A stretch of 64,000 nucleotides of DNA from an uncultured Methylomirabilota bacterium (GTDB lineage: Bacteria > Methylomirabilota > Methylomirabilia > Methylomirabilales > 2-02-FULL-66-22). Of this stretch, positions 38,511 to 49,204 are shown one piece after another (position 1 is the first letter of the stretch; each line of letters begins with the position of its first letter). A model generated the notes under the pieces. That model ran no database searches. It was not told the DNA's origin and worked only from the letters and a program-made list of their open reading frames with translations. Made by a program: the position numbers and the translations under genes. The stretch spans positions 2,528,001-2,592,000 of the forward strand of contig CAWJSJ010000002.1 of NCBI GenBank assembly GCA_963845565.1, given 5' to 3'.

Positions 38511-38945
38511 TCAGGCTACCAGAGGATTCCTCACCGTCAAGTCGGGAAACCGACCGAAATCCCGGTCGGCGGTCCAGAGTTCTTGGACGCCGTGAAATCG
38601 ACAGAGGGCTGCTATCCGGGCATCGTGCACGCGGGCTCCTGCGGTGCGCGCTGTCGAAAGGGTCTCGCGGAGCATGGGCCAGTAACCATCCGCCTCTGAC
38701 AAAAACATAAGGTTCGGCGCCTCCATCCACGCATCAATTTGTTCGAGGGCAGCCGATAGAGGAGTCGGTGGAGCGTAGATTCTTGGATGCGTCGTGATGG
38801 CGAGGAATTCGTGGAGGCAGGGCCACGGGATCGCCCAGGATGATCGGCTCTCCGCCAATTCCGCGATACGCGCAAAGGCGGCATCATGCCAGGGGGAATC
38901 CTCACGGTGGGCGTAGACCAAGAGGTTGGTGTCAACGGCGATCAT
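38511..38945 (-). CDS. vapC: VapC-family PIN-domain toxin
   Basis: MIAVDTNLLVYA, HEFLA, VHDARIAALC, WTADRDF.RF, NPL. Confidence 0.93.
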   Translation of the reverse strand: MIAVDTNLLVYAHREDSPWHDAAFARIAELAESRSSWAIPWPCLHEFLAITTHPRIYAPPTPLSAALEQIDAWMEAPNLMFLSEADGYWPMLRETLSTARTAGARVHDARIAALCRFHGVQELWTADRDFGRFPDLTVRNPLVA

Positions 38946-39187
38946 CCACCCCGCCCCTCATACGCCGCGTCGCGGATCTGATCCCAAGACGCTCCTTCCA
39001 ATGCGGGCTGCATGCCGGTTCCTTTGAAGGTTGCTTTCCGCAACCGAAACCCCACGGCCCGCTTTCGCTCGGCGAGGGTTCGCCGAAGTCCCTCTTCGAC
39101 CAGGGCCCGAACGGTGGTCCCCTCACGCGAAGCGAGGCGCTTGGCTTCTTCCAAGAGTGAATCTGGAATCTCTACGGTGGTCTTCAT
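38942..39187 (-). CDS. vapB: VapB-family antitoxin (RHH)
   Basis: MKTTVEIPDSLL..AK..A..G.T.R.LVEEGLR; 4-nt overlap with toxin. Confidence 0.9.
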   Translation of the reverse strand: MKTTVEIPDSLLEEAKRLASREGTTVRALVEEGLRRTLAERKRAVGFRLRKATFKGTGMQPALEGASWDQIRDAAYEGRGG

Positions 39188-39190
39188 ACA

Positions 39191-39224
39191 TACATATGTA
39201 TCGCATATGATGTAGAGGTGTCAA
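39191..39224 (-). promoter_or_regulatory. vapBC promoter/operator
   Basis: Minus strand TTGACA at 39219-39224; palindrome TACATATGTA (39191-39200) and second CATATG (39204-39209) over the -10 region. Confidence 0.55.
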
Positions 39225-39268
39225 GTCAAGAACAAAGAAACTGCCTGAAGGTCGACTGTGGTGCGCAT
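39221..39268 (-). pseudogene. Truncated second VapB-like antitoxin (MRTTVDL...)
   Basis: Strong RBS GGAGGAG then MRTTVDLQAVSLFLT*; N-terminus resembles the adjacent MKTTVEI. Confidence 0.55.
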
Positions 39269-39403
39269 CGTCTCCTCCCAGGTATCATCGTCTGTCTGTA
39301 CTGATGCATGATGCGAATACATCAATAATCAGGCGTCAAAAGAGTGAAGAGACCCAGCCTCGGCGTGCGTGGCGAGAGAACTGCGGCGTTTGGATTCGGT
39401 AGA

Positions 39404-40339
39404 CTAGGAGAACAGCGCGGCGGCGAATTCCTGTGGGTTGAACGGTTGGAGGTCTTCGGCGGACTCGCCGACGCCCACGAAGCGGACCGGAACGCCGAGG
39501 TCGCTGGCGATGGCGACGACGGCGCCGCCCTTGGCGGTGCCGTCCAGCTTGGTGACGACGATCCCGGAGAGCGTGACGGCCTGGTGAAACTCCCGCGCCT
39601 GCGCCACGGCGTTGAGGCCCGTGGTGGCATCCAACACCAGCAGGGTCTCGTGGGGGGCGCCGGGGATGGCCCGGGCGATGATCCGGTGGATCTTCTTCAG
39701 CTCCTCCATGAGGTTGCTCTTGGTGTGAAGCCGGCCCGCCGTGTCCACCAGGAGCCGATCAACCTTCCGCGCGGCGGCCGCCTTGCAGGCGTCGAAGACG
39801 ACGGCCGAGGGGTCGGCGCCCGGCTGGTGGGCGATGACATCCGCCCCGATGCGCTTGCCCCAGATCTGCAGTTGTTCGATCGCTGCCGCGCGGAAGGTGT
39901 CGCCGGCGGCCAGCAAGACCGTCTCTCCCGCGTCGCGGTACCGTTTGGCCAGCTTGGCGATGGTGGTGGTCTTGCCGGACCCGTTGGTGCCGACAAAGAG
40001 CGTCACCCGGGGCGGTGCGGCGGGCTGCGGGGAGTCGGGTTGCGGGACGACGAGCAGTTCCGCGACGCGGGCGGCCAGGACGGCTCGAATGGTGTCGACG
40101 CTGGTCGTCCCCTGGCGGCGGAGGGTGCTCCTGGCGGCCTCCATGACGGACCGGGTGGCGGCGGGGCCCAGATCGGAGGCGAGCAGCGCTTCCTCGAGTT
40201 CGTCCAGCGTGGCGTCGTCGACGGGCGCACCGGTGAAGACCGCCTCGATCTTCTCGACCAGACTGTCTCGCGTCTTGCGCAACCCATCCCGGAGGCGCGC
40301 AAAGAAGCCGGAGCGTTCCGGAGGGACCTCGGAGGGCAT
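39404..40339 (-). CDS. ftsY: SRP receptor FtsY
   Basis: [32 protein letters not shown]. Confidence 0.97.
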   Translation of the reverse strand: MPSEVPPERSGFFARLRDGLRKTRDSLVEKIEAVFTGAPVDDATLDELEEALLASDLGPAATRSVMEAARSTLRRQGTTSVDTIRAVLAARVAELLVVPQPDSPQPAAPPRVTLFVGTNGSGKTTTIAKLAKRYRDAGETVLLAAGDTFRAAAIEQLQIWGKRIGADVIAHQPGADPSAVVFDACKAAAARKVDRLLVDTAGRLHTKSNLMEELKKIHRIIARAIPGAPHETLLVLDATTGLNAVAQAREFHQAVTLSGIVVTKLDGTAKGGAVVAIASDLGVPVRFVGVGESAEDLQPFNPQEFAAALFS

Positions 40340-43300
40340 CTAGGCGGCCGCCTTCATCCGGACGGACATCACCTTGGAGACGCCCTCTTCTTCCATGGTG
40401 ATCCCGTACAAGATGTCGGCCGATTCCATGGTCCGCTTGTTGTGGGTGACGGCGATGAACTGCGACTGCTGCGACATCTCGCGGAGCAGCCCGACGAAGC
40501 GTTCCACGTTGGCGTCATCCAGCGGCGCGTCCACTTCGTCCAGGACGCAGAAGGGGCTGGGTCGGACGGCGAAGAGCGCCAGGAGGAGCGAGAGCGCTGC
40601 CAGGGCGCGCTCGCCGCCCGAGAGCAGGGAGAGCACCGTCGGCCGTTTCCCGGGGAATCGGACCAGCATCTCCACGCCCGGTTCCTCGTCAACCGGCGTC
40701 GCGTCGTCGCCGTCGGCCTTCAGTGGCTCGACCAGCTTGAGCTGCGCGCTCCCTCCCCCGATCAGCCGGCGCCAGAAGTGATCGAACTGCTGGTTGACGG
40801 CCTCGAGGGTGGAAAGGAACAGCGCCTGGATCGTCTTGTTGATCTCGCCGATCGCCTGGCGGAGCGAGGCCACGGACCGTGTGAGATCCTCGGCCTGAGT
40901 GGTCAAGAACTCGTACCGCTGGCAGAGAGCCTGGTATTCCTCCAGGGCGCCGAGATTGGCGGGTCCCAGCTCGGCGAGCTTGGTCCGCAGCTCCTCCAGT
41001 TCCGCCCGGGCCGCCTCGGCGTCCGTCACGACGGCGGCGAACCGCTCGCGGAGCTCCGCGGTGCCAAGACCGTGATTCTCCGCCAAGTCCTGTTCCAGCA
41101 AGGTGATGGTCGCCTTCAGCTCGCTCCGCCGGGTCTCCAGGGCCGCCACCTCGGCGGCCAGCTCGGTCTCCTCGCGCCGCTTGGTTCGCAACGCCTCCTC
41201 GAGGGTGGCGATGGCCTCTTGGCCGGTGGCCCGAGCCTCCTGCGCGCCGAGCAAGGCGGCCTGCCGTTCCTCTTCGTCGCGGTGGAGCACGGTCAGGCGT
41301 GCCTGCAGCTCGCCGCGCTCCGCTTCCCGGCCGGCGCGCCGAGCCCCGAGCTCCTCGACCTCCCGGATGAGGTGGGCCACCTGGTCTTCGCCCGCCTGCA
41401 GTTCCTGCCGCATGCGGAGCAGATCCCGCAGCGTTTCGTCGCGGCGGGCGGCGCGAGACGCCAGGGTGACGCGCTGGTCGTTCATGTGCGACGCCGCGTC
41501 CTCGCGTTGCTCGCGCAGCTCGGTGACTTCGCGCTCCCGGCCCACGATCCCGGCGTGGAGCTCGGCGACGCGGGTCTCCCCCTCGGCGAGGGTAGCCCGC
41601 AGGCCGTTCGTCTCGCGTTCGATCCGGGCGAGATCCGCCTCCACCGTCTGCAGTTCGATCCCGAAGAGCTCGAGCTGTTGGCTGAGTCGCCGCTCCTCGG
41701 CGCGGCGCGCGGCCAAGTCCTTTTCGATCGCCAGCAGGTCCAGCTCCGCTTGCCGCTCGGCCATGGCGGCCGTCTCGACGGCGCGCTCGGCATGGGCCAC
41801 GTCGTCCGACACGATGGCCAGGGCTTCGCGCAGACCCGAGAGGCCGACCTCGCTGATGGCCAGGGCCTCCTCCAGTTCGCGCAGCTCGCGCCGCTGTGCC
41901 AAGAGTCCCTGCGGAGCCGGGGTGCCGCCGACGAGCGTGCCGCGGTGCGTGAGCACCTCGCCGGCGAGGGTCGCCAGGGTGAAGGGGCCGGTGAGTTCCC
42001 GGGCGACGGCCAGCGCGGTGTCCAGGTCGTTCACGATCACGGCGTCCGCCAGGAGGTGGATCAACCAGGGCTGGGTGCCTTCGGGCGACTTGAGGAGATC
42101 CAGCGCCATCCCCTCGACGCGGCCCAGCAATTCCTTGGGCAGCTCGGCGAGCCGGGCCGCGAGATCCTCTCGGAAGGTGTGGCCCCAGGTCCCGTCACCC
42201 GTCGGCATGGGTCCCACCAGCGTGGCCCGCCCCAGACCTGCGCGGAAGAGGTGCGCGAGGGCCTCGTGCGCCTCGGCCCAGGTCTGGACCCGCACGCCCT
42301 GGAGATGGGTCCCGAGGATCGCCTCCAGGGCCTTCTCGTGCCGGGGTGCGGTTTCCAGCACCTCGGCCAGGGGGCCCAAGATCCCGCGGACGCGGCGATC
42401 CCGACCCGCCTGGAGAAGCAGCTTGTTGCCCTCCGAGAAATCGGCGAACTCCAGCCGGAGCTCACGCAGGGAGCCCAGCCGGCCCCGTTGGCGCTCCACA
42501 TCCGCGACGAGTCCGGCGATCTCGGCTTCCAGATGACGGCGGGCCTCGCGCGCGCGCGCGGCCTCGAGCTGCGCCGCCTCGCGATCCGCCAGGGCGCGGT
42601 GCTGGCGCTCGGTCGTCTCGTGCCGACGGGTCTCCTCGGCGGTGGAGGATGCCTCGGCCCCTTCGCGCTGACTGGCGGCCTCCGCCTGCTGCAGTCGCAG
42701 CCGCTCGGCCTGCGCGGTCATCTGGCGGTTACGCTCCAGCAGTGTGGCCAGCTCGTTTCGCTTGAGGGACAGCTGGCCCGATTGATGGGTCGCCTGGTGG
42801 CGGAGTTGATCGAGGCCGGCCACGGCCGCGGCGAGGATGCGCTCGGTTTCCCGGAGCGCCAGCCCCTGCTCCTCGAGCGCGTGCTCGAGGGCCGCCACCT
42901 CGCGCTCCTGCTCGGCGACGGCCGTGGAGCCCGTCTCGATGGCGGCGATCAGGCGCTGGGCCGTCTCTCCCAGCGCGGTCAGGGTCGCCTGCATCTCCGC
43001 CGTGCGCCGGTCGGCGTCTTCGATCTGCTGGCCGAGATTCCGGAGCTCGGCTTCGTCATGGTCGATGTGGCTTCGGACACGGAAGAGCGCCTCCTGCGCG
43101 AGGGTGACGGCCTGCTCTTCGCCCAGGGCCTGCAAGCGGCGCTCTTCGAGCGACGCCTCGGTCGACCCGATCCCGGCTCGAACGCCGGTCAAGATTTGCT
43201 GCGCCGGTCCCAGCCGTCCGAGCAGCGCCTGGAACTCCTCCCACAGCGCCGCGTGCTCCTTGAATCTGAGGAAGAGCTTGAGTTCCGTGGCGCGGACATC

Positions 43301-43954
43301 CAGCTGCTTGTAGCGCTCGGCCTTGTTGGCCTGCCGCTTCAGCGAATTCCGCTGACGCTCGACCTCGGCGATCACGTCCCGGATGCGGAGGAGGTTCTGT
43401 TCGGTCGCCTCGAGCTTGCTTCCCGCCGCCCGTCGCTTGGTCTTGTACTTCATGATGCCCGCGGCCTCCTCGATGAGGACGCGGCGGTCCGCGGGACGGG
43501 CGTTGACGACGTTGCCGATGCTGCCTTGCTCGATCAGGGCGTAGGGCTCGCCCGCCAGGCCCGTGTCGATGAACAAGTCCGTGATGTCGCGCAGGCGGCA
43601 GGGGACCTTGTTGAGCAGATACTCGCTTTCTCCGGACCGGTAGAGGCGGCGGGTCACGTTCACTTCTTCGTATTCGGTCGGAAGGGCGTCGCCGGCCCGC
43701 GTGAAGGTCAGCGAGACTTCGGCCAAGCCGAGCGGTTTGCGCCGGCCGTTTCCCGCGAAGATGAGATCGTCCATCCGGTCGCCGCGCAAGAGCTTGGCGC
43801 TCTGTTCCCCCAGTGCCCAGCGGATGGCATCGGAGACGTTGCTCTTTCCGCACCCGTTGGGCCCGACGACGACGGTGACCCCGGGCTCGAACGACAGGTC
43901 GACCTTGTCTGCGAATGACTTAAAGCCGAACAGGGAAATCTTCGTGAGATGCAT
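40340..43954 (-). CDS. smc: Chromosome segregation protein SMC
   Basis: [14 protein letters not shown], coiled coils with hinge, [14 protein letters not shown]. Confidence 0.97.
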   Translation of the reverse strand: MHLTKISLFGFKSFADKVDLSFEPGVTVVVGPNGCGKSNVSDAIRWALGEQSAKLLRGDRMDDLIFAGNGRRKPLGLAEVSLTFTRAGDALPTEYEEVNVTRRLYRSGESEYLLNKVPCRLRDITDLFIDTGLAGEPYALIEQGSIGNVVNARPADRRVLIEEAAGIMKYKTKRRAAGSKLEATEQNLLRIRDVIAEVERQRNSLKRQANKAERYKQLDVRATELKLFLRFKEHAALWEEFQALLGRLGPAQQILTGVRAGIGSTEASLEERRLQALGEEQAVTLAQEALFRVRSHIDHDEAELRNLGQQIEDADRRTAEMQATLTALGETAQRLIAAIETGSTAVAEQEREVAALEHALEEQGLALRETERILAAAVAGLDQLRHQATHQSGQLSLKRNELATLLERNRQMTAQAERLRLQQAEAASQREGAEASSTAEETRRHETTERQHRALADREAAQLEAARAREARRHLEAEIAGLVADVERQRGRLGSLRELRLEFADFSEGNKLLLQAGRDRRVRGILGPLAEVLETAPRHEKALEAILGTHLQGVRVQTWAEAHEALAHLFRAGLGRATLVGPMPTGDGTWGHTFREDLAARLAELPKELLGRVEGMALDLLKSPEGTQPWLIHLLADAVIVNDLDTALAVARELTGPFTLATLAGEVLTHRGTLVGGTPAPQGLLAQRRELRELEEALAISEVGLSGLREALAIVSDDVAHAERAVETAAMAERQAELDLLAIEKDLAARRAEERRLSQQLELFGIELQTVEADLARIERETNGLRATLAEGETRVAELHAGIVGREREVTELREQREDAASHMNDQRVTLASRAARRDETLRDLLRMRQELQAGEDQVAHLIREVEELGARRAGREAERGELQARLTVLHRDEEERQAALLGAQEARATGQEAIATLEEALRTKRREETELAAEVAALETRRSELKATITLLEQDLAENHGLGTAELRERFAAVVTDAEAARAELEELRTKLAELGPANLGALEEYQALCQRYEFLTTQAEDLTRSVASLRQAIGEINKTIQALFLSTLEAVNQQFDHFWRRLIGGGSAQLKLVEPLKADGDDATPVDEEPGVEMLVRFPGKRPTVLSLLSGGERALAALSLLLALFAVRPSPFCVLDEVDAPLDDANVERFVGLLREMSQQSQFIAVTHNKRTMESADILYGITMEEEGVSKVMSVRMKAAA

Positions 43955-44088
43955 ATCGAGACATCCACCTTTGGATTGGGAGTTCACCGGGTAGAGAAAC
44001 CCCTCGAATCGGCACGAACGCTATCACGGCGCGGAACGCGGTGTCAAGCCGGAAAAGTACAATCTTTAGGGGTCGGATCCCCGAGGTG

Positions 44089-44817
44089 CTACGAGATGTT
44101 GTGGCCGCTCTCCTGAGGTTCTCCAAGCAGTTCCAGGGCCAACCGGGCGGCGTGCTGCTCGGCGGCCTGCCGGTTGCCGCCCTCCGCCTCCACCCGAACC
44201 TCCCCCTGGGGGCCCTGGACCGTGAGGGCGACTCGGAATGTTGGTTGGTGGGACGGACCCCGCCGTTCGATGAGCCGGTAGGAGGGGAGTTTCCCCTGAG
44301 CGGCCAGGGTTCGCATCTGCAGCGACGACTTGGCGTCGACGACGGGGAGTGGGGCGATCCCGGCAGCCGGGGCGGTGACCCGCACGGCCAGGGCGCACAC
44401 GGCCTCGAACCCTCCGTCCTCCACGACGGCACCCAGGACCGCCTCCAAGAGCTCGGCCAGGACGCGCTGGCTCGGTCCGTCGGGTGCGAGACTCGGGATC
44501 GGCAGGCCCAACCGTCGGGCCAGACGGGCCAGACCGGCCCGGCTGGACCAGGCGGACCGAACGCGCGTGAGATCGCCCGGCGCGGCCTGGGGGTGGGACC
44601 GAAAGACCGCCAGGGCCACGGCGAAATTCCACGCCGCGTCCCCCAGGAACTCGAGCCGCTGACGCGCCGCCGCGACCGCCGGCGTGAGCGGCTGCTTCAG
44701 CGCGCTGAGGGCAAGCGCGAGCAGGGCCGGCTCTCGAAATCGATACCCCAGCGATTCCTGGAGCGGCGCGAGGCATTCCTCGGCAGCCACGCACGGTTCG
44801 GAATCCACACGATCCAT
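44089..44817 (-). CDS. rnc: Ribonuclease III (divergent)
   Basis: QRLEFLGDA, LAELLEAVLGA, dsRBD DAKSSLQ..GPSH.P.F..AEQ.AA; rnc-smc-ftsY order. Confidence 0.88.
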   Translation of the reverse strand: MDRVDSEPCVAAEECLAPLQESLGYRFREPALLALALSALKQPLTPAVAAARQRLEFLGDAAWNFAVALAVFRSHPQAAPGDLTRVRSAWSSRAGLARLARRLGLPIPSLAPDGPSQRVLAELLEAVLGAVVEDGGFEAVCALAVRVTAPAAGIAPLPVVDAKSSLQMRTLAAQGKLPSYRLIERRGPSHQPTFRVALTVQGPQGEVRVEAEGGNRQAAEQHAARLALELLGEPQESGHNIS

Positions 44818-44861
44818 TCCGCCTCCACAGGAGGCCGCACGGTATGGGGCGAGCCGATGGT

Positions 44862-45140
44862 TCAGGCGATCGCGTCGGAGGTCGGATTCGAGTCCAGACG
44901 CCGTTGCAGCGCCAGGACGTCGCCGCCGATCTCTTCCGCGAGTCGGTAGAACGGCCCGATGTCCTCGACGTCCAGCGACGCGTTCCGCCCGAACTGCTGC
45001 AGGCCGAACAGGCCGAACTCCAGCAGCTTGAGTTTCTGGAGAATGGGTTCCAGCGCATCCGGACACAAGGGCGAGATGGCCGCAGGCTGGGACGGGGCGA
45101 GGGCGGGACCCGGTTCCTGTCCTGCCGATTTCGTATTCAT
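44862..45140 (-). CDS. Small hypothetical protein
   Basis: AAGGA RBS; amphipathic-looking 92-aa ORF co-oriented with rnc. Confidence 0.5.
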   Translation of the reverse strand: MNTKSAGQEPGPALAPSQPAAISPLCPDALEPILQKLKLLEFGLFGLQQFGRNASLDVEDIGPFYRLAEEIGGDVLALQRRLDSNPTSDAIA

Positions 45141-45351
45141 GCGGGAAGGTCCTTTCGACGGCGCGCGCCGCGCCGAGTCTGCACCGAAGATGCGAGCCTC
45201 GCGTCCCTGGGTTACGCGGGGTGCGTCCAGCATACACCGAGACGGCGTGTTTGCGCCATCCCGTCTTCGCCGTCACGTCCGTCACGTGATGCCGTGTGTC
45301 CTCCCCGTGTCCGCGCCGCGCGCCGCCGATGGCCGGCGGGGGACAAAACCC

Positions 45352-45381
45352 TTGACAGGGTTTGGGTTAGCCTTCTAGACT
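45352..45381 (+). promoter_or_regulatory. Putative sigma70 promoter of trxA
   Basis: TTGACA-N18-TAGACT. Confidence 0.6.
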
Positions 45382-45411
45382 CCGCCCGTTTCCTCGTGGT
45401 GCGGAGGTGAT

Positions 45412-45747
45412 ATGGCAAATCCTGAGATCCTGACGCTGACCGACGCCAATTTCGACGCGCAAGCCAAGGCCAACCCCAACCTCCTCGTGGACTTCTGGGC
45501 GGAATGGTGCGGACCGTGCCGCGCGATCGCGCCGGTGCTGGATGAGTTGGCGGGGGAGTACAAAGGACGGCTGGCCGTGGGCAAGGTGAACGTGGACGAG
45601 AACCGCCAAGTGGCGGCGCGCTTCGGCATCCGGAGCATCCCCACCATGCTGCTGCTGCGCGACGGGGTCCGCGCGGAGCAAATCGTGGGGGCCCACCCCA
45701 AGGCCACGATCAAGTCCAAGCTGGATCAATTCTTGAGCGCCAAGTGA
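45412..45747 (+). CDS. trxA: Thioredoxin
   Basis: DFWAEWCGPC, IRSIPT; RBS GGAGG. Confidence 0.96.
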   Translation: MANPEILTLTDANFDAQAKANPNLLVDFWAEWCGPCRAIAPVLDELAGEYKGRLAVGKVNVDENRQVAARFGIRSIPTMLLLRDGVRAEQIVGAHPKATIKSKLDQFLSAK

Positions 45748-45763
45748 GCGATCGGCGGCGTCC

Positions 45764-45937
45764 ATGATTCGCACCCTGCACACCTGCCCAGGTCTCATCC
45801 CGTCTCATCGCTGGTGACCCTCAGCCTGCGGTTCGGCTGTCTTCGGTCGTGTCTACTCCCCTGTCGAACCGTCGACTCCCGCAGATGATCCACCCTGCGG
45901 GGTCGGCGCCAACCGCCAACCTGGACGAGGCGGCATC
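45764..45937 (+). promoter_or_regulatory. Candidate trp leader peptide and attenuator
   Basis: 17-aa ORF ending TGG-TGA (45764-45817), then alternative hairpins, one covering the trpE RBS. Confidence 0.35.
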
Positions 45938-47425
45938 GTGTACACCCCAAGCTTGGAGCAGTTTCGTCAACTCGCGACGCAGGGCAATCTGATTCCCGTG
46001 GCTCGGCAGATCCTGGCGGACATGGAGACGCCCGTCTCCGCATTCCGCAAGATCGACAGCGGCAACTACGCGTTCCTCCTGGAGAGCGTGGAAGGCGGAG
46101 AGCAGTGGGGGCGGTACAGTTTTCTGGGGAGCAATCCCAGCCTGGTCGCGCGGGTGCACGGGTCGCGGGTCGAGATCCTGCGTGGGGAAGGCCGCGAGGT
46201 CTTGGCGGGCGTCCACGACCCCTTCACGGCCTTGCGGTCGCTCTTGAAGGACTACCGTCCCGTGACGGTCCCGGGTCTCCCCCGTTTCACGGGAGGGCTG
46301 GTCGGCTACCTCGGGTATGACGCCGTGCGCCATCTGGAGCGGCTTCCCAGCACGGCACGCACGGACCTCGACCTGCCGGACGCGCTCTTCCTCCTGACCG
46401 ACACGCTGCTGATCTTCGACAACGTGACGCACCGGATCACGGTGGTGTCGAACGCGTTCGTGCGCGAGACGAGCGGATCCGGGATCGAACAGGCCTACCG
46501 GGAATCGCAGCAGAAGATCGACGCCATCGTCGCCTCCCTGCGGCGCCCGGTCGGCGCCCCGGCCGGTGTTGCGGGACCGTCTGCGGCCGGGGAGCCCGTC
46601 TCGACCTTCACCCGGCCGGCCTTTTGCGATGCGGTGAGACAGGCCAAGGCCTACATCGAGGCGGGCGATATCATCCAGGCGGTGCTCTCGCAGCGACTGG
46701 CGGTTCGGACGGGCGCCGACCCCTTCGACGTCTACCGGGCTCTCCGCGTCGTGAATCCGTCCCCGTACATGTACTACCTGCGGCTGGGGGACCTCAAGAT
46801 CGTCGGCAGTTCGCCCGAGATGCTGGTCCGGCTGGAGGGCGAGCGCATCGATCTCCGGCCCATCGCCGGCACGCGACCCCGCGGGGCGACGGAGGACGAG
46901 GACCGAAGACTGGCCGAGGAGTTGCTCGCCGATCCGAAGGAGCGCGCCGAGCACATCATGCTGGTGGACCTGGGCCGAAACGACGTGGGAAAGGTCGCAC
47001 AAACCGGCAGCGTGACGGTGCCGGCCCTGATGACGGTGGAGCGATATTCGCACGTCATGCACCTCGTCTCCCACGTGCGGGGACTGGTGGAGCCCGGCCG
47101 GAGCGCCTTCGACGTCCTCGGTGCCTGCTTTCCCGCCGGGACCGTCACCGGCGCGCCCAAGGTCCGCGCCATGGAGATCGTGGAGGAACTGGAGCCGGTC
47201 CGTCGCGGTCCCTACGCGGGGGCGGTGGGTTACGTGAGCTTCACCGGCAACCTGGACACCTGTATCACCATCCGGACGATCCTTTTCTGGCGCGGGCTGG
47301 CCATGATCCAGGCGGGGGCGGGGATCGTGGCGGACTCCGACCCGGAACGGGAATACGACGAGACGATGAACAAGGCGCGCGGCATGCGGCGTGCGATCGA
47401 GTTGGCGGAGACGGGGCTGGACTAA
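45938..47425 (+). CDS. trpE: Anthranilate synthase component I
   Basis: LLESV, NPSPYMY, GSSPE, PIAGT, EHIMLVDLGRND, GAPK. Confidence 0.95.
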   Translation: MYTPSLEQFRQLATQGNLIPVARQILADMETPVSAFRKIDSGNYAFLLESVEGGEQWGRYSFLGSNPSLVARVHGSRVEILRGEGREVLAGVHDPFTALRSLLKDYRPVTVPGLPRFTGGLVGYLGYDAVRHLERLPSTARTDLDLPDALFLLTDTLLIFDNVTHRITVVSNAFVRETSGSGIEQAYRESQQKIDAIVASLRRPVGAPAGVAGPSAAGEPVSTFTRPAFCDAVRQAKAYIEAGDIIQAVLSQRLAVRTGADPFDVYRALRVVNPSPYMYYLRLGDLKIVGSSPEMLVRLEGERIDLRPIAGTRPRGATEDEDRRLAEELLADPKERAEHIMLVDLGRNDVGKVAQTGSVTVPALMTVERYSHVMHLVSHVRGLVEPGRSAFDVLGACFPAGTVTGAPKVRAMEIVEELEPVRRGPYAGAVGYVSFTGNLDTCITIRTILFWRGLAMIQAGAGIVADSDPEREYDETMNKARGMRRAIELAETGLD

Positions 47426-47433
47426 CGGAAGAA

Positions 47434-47525
47434 CAGTTCGGCAGTTCGATAGTTCGGAGGTTCGTTAGTTCGTGCCACGGTACTGCCGAACCGCCGAACC
47501 GTCGAACCGTCGAACTACCGCACCG
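47434..47525. repeat. Inverted octamer tandem array between trpE and trpG
   Basis: (NNGTTCGN)x5 then (NCGAACNN)x4 plus one degenerate unit. Confidence 0.75.
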
Positions 47526-47534
47526 AGGTGTCTC

Positions 47535-48122
47535 ATGCTGCTCGTCATCGACAACTACGATTCGTTCACGTATAACCTCGTCCAGTACCTCCGGGAGCTG
47601 GGCGCGGAGGTGGCGGTGCATCGGAACGACCGCATCACCCTCGACGAGATCCGGGTCCTGCAGCCGGAACAGATTGTCCTCTCGCCCGGGCCCTGTTCGC
47701 CCGCGGAGGCGGGGATCTGCTGCGACATCATTCGCGCGTTCGGCGCCAGCCTGCCGCTCCTCGGGGTCTGTCTCGGCCACCAGTGCATCGGGGCCGCGTA
47801 CGGCGGGCGGATCGTCCGGGCCGCCCGGCTGATGCATGGCAAGACCTCGCCGATCCGCCACGACGGCCTGGGGGTGTTCCGGGGGCTCCCCAACCCCTTC
47901 GACGCGACCCGCTACCACTCGCTGCTCATCGAGCGGGAGACGCTGCCCGACTGTTTAACGGTGTCGGCGGAGACGGCCGAAGGGGAGATCATGGGCGTGC
48001 GTCACCGCGCGCACCCAGTGTGCGGGGTGCAATTCCACCCCGAGTCCATCCTGACGCCGGCAGGGAAGGGGCTCTTGGCGAATTTTCTGGAGCGCCCCTC
48101 GGCCGCGGAGGCACGCCGATGA
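47535..48122 (+). CDS. trpG: Anthranilate synthase component II
   Basis: [29 protein letters not shown]. Confidence 0.95.
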   Translation: MLLVIDNYDSFTYNLVQYLRELGAEVAVHRNDRITLDEIRVLQPEQIVLSPGPCSPAEAGICCDIIRAFGASLPLLGVCLGHQCIGAAYGGRIVRAARLMHGKTSPIRHDGLGVFRGLPNPFDATRYHSLLIERETLPDCLTVSAETAEGEIMGVRHRAHPVCGVQFHPESILTPAGKGLLANFLERPSAAEARR

Positions 48123-49162
48123 TCGTCGAGGCGATTCACAAGGTCGTGGACCGGATAGATCTGACCCGGGACGAGGCGTTTGCCGTCATGGACGCCATCA
48201 TGTCCGGCCACGCGACGGATGCCCAGATCGCCGCGTTTCTGGTGGCGCTGCGGATGAAGGGAGAGACCGTCGAGGAGTTGATCGGGTTCGCGCGCGTGAT
48301 GCGGGATAAGGTCTCTCCGGTCAAGACCCGAGCCCGGGTGCAGACGTCGCTGTCGGGGACCGACCGGGAGATGCTGGTGGACACCTGCGGGACCGGGGGT
48401 GATGCGACCGGGACCTTCAACGTCTCCACGGCGACCGCCTTTGTGGTGGCGGGCGCGGGAGTCCCGGTGGCGAAGCACGGCAACCGGTCGGTGAGCAGCC
48501 TGTGCGGCAGCGCGGACGTCGTGGAGGCTCTCGGCGTGCGGCTGGACCTGCCCCCCGAGCGGGTGGGACGGTGTGTGGACGAGATCGGGATCGGATTCTG
48601 CTATGCGCCGCTGCTCCACAGGGCCATGAAGTTCGTCATGCTCGCGCGCCGGGAGATCCGTATCCGCACGGTCTTCAACATCCTCGGGCCCTTGACCAAC
48701 CCGGCCCGCGCGATGGCACAGGTTATCGGGGTGTACGACGGCGCCCTGGCGCCGGTGATGGCCCAGGTCCTCAAGGAGCTCGGGGCGGTCCGCGCCTTCG
48801 TGGTGCACGGGGAGGACGGGCTGGACGAGCTGTCGATCACCGGGCCGAGCCAGGTCGCGGAACTGCACGAGGGCCAGATCCACTGCTACACGGTCCGCCC
48901 CGAAGATTTTGGCTTGTCCCGGGCGGCCATGGCCGACCTGCAGGGCGGGAGCGCGGCGGACAATGCGGAGATCATCCGCCGGATCCTGTCGGGGGAGCGC
49001 GGCCCCAAGCGCGACATCGTGCTCCTGAACGCGGGGGCCGCCATCGCCGCTGGCGGCCGGGCAGCGAACATCGCCGAGGGGATCGCACTGGCCGGGGAGG
49101 CCATCGACAGCGGCGCGGCCCGGGAGCGGCTGGAGCGGCTGATCGAATACTGCCGACACTGA
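48119..49162 (+). CDS. trpD: Anthranilate phosphoribosyltransferase
   Basis: [26 protein letters not shown]. Confidence 0.96.
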   Translation: MIVEAIHKVVDRIDLTRDEAFAVMDAIMSGHATDAQIAAFLVALRMKGETVEELIGFARVMRDKVSPVKTRARVQTSLSGTDREMLVDTCGTGGDATGTFNVSTATAFVVAGAGVPVAKHGNRSVSSLCGSADVVEALGVRLDLPPERVGRCVDEIGIGFCYAPLLHRAMKFVMLARREIRIRTVFNILGPLTNPARAMAQVIGVYDGALAPVMAQVLKELGAVRAFVVHGEDGLDELSITGPSQVAELHEGQIHCYTVRPEDFGLSRAAMADLQGGSAADNAEIIRRILSGERGPKRDIVLLNAGAAIAAGGRAANIAEGIALAGEAIDSGAARERLERLIEYCRH

Positions 49163-49204
49163 GGACGACGCGCCGGGACCGACCCGACGCGGGATCGGCA
49201 TCGC

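Noticed and set aside
39344..43918. 1524-aa plus-strand ORF
   Set aside because: Antisense shadow of smc and ftsY caused by GC-rich codon bias; no recognisable motifs. The same applies to other long antisense ORFs such as 6514-8277, 25915-28188, 48002-49966 and 60027-62543.
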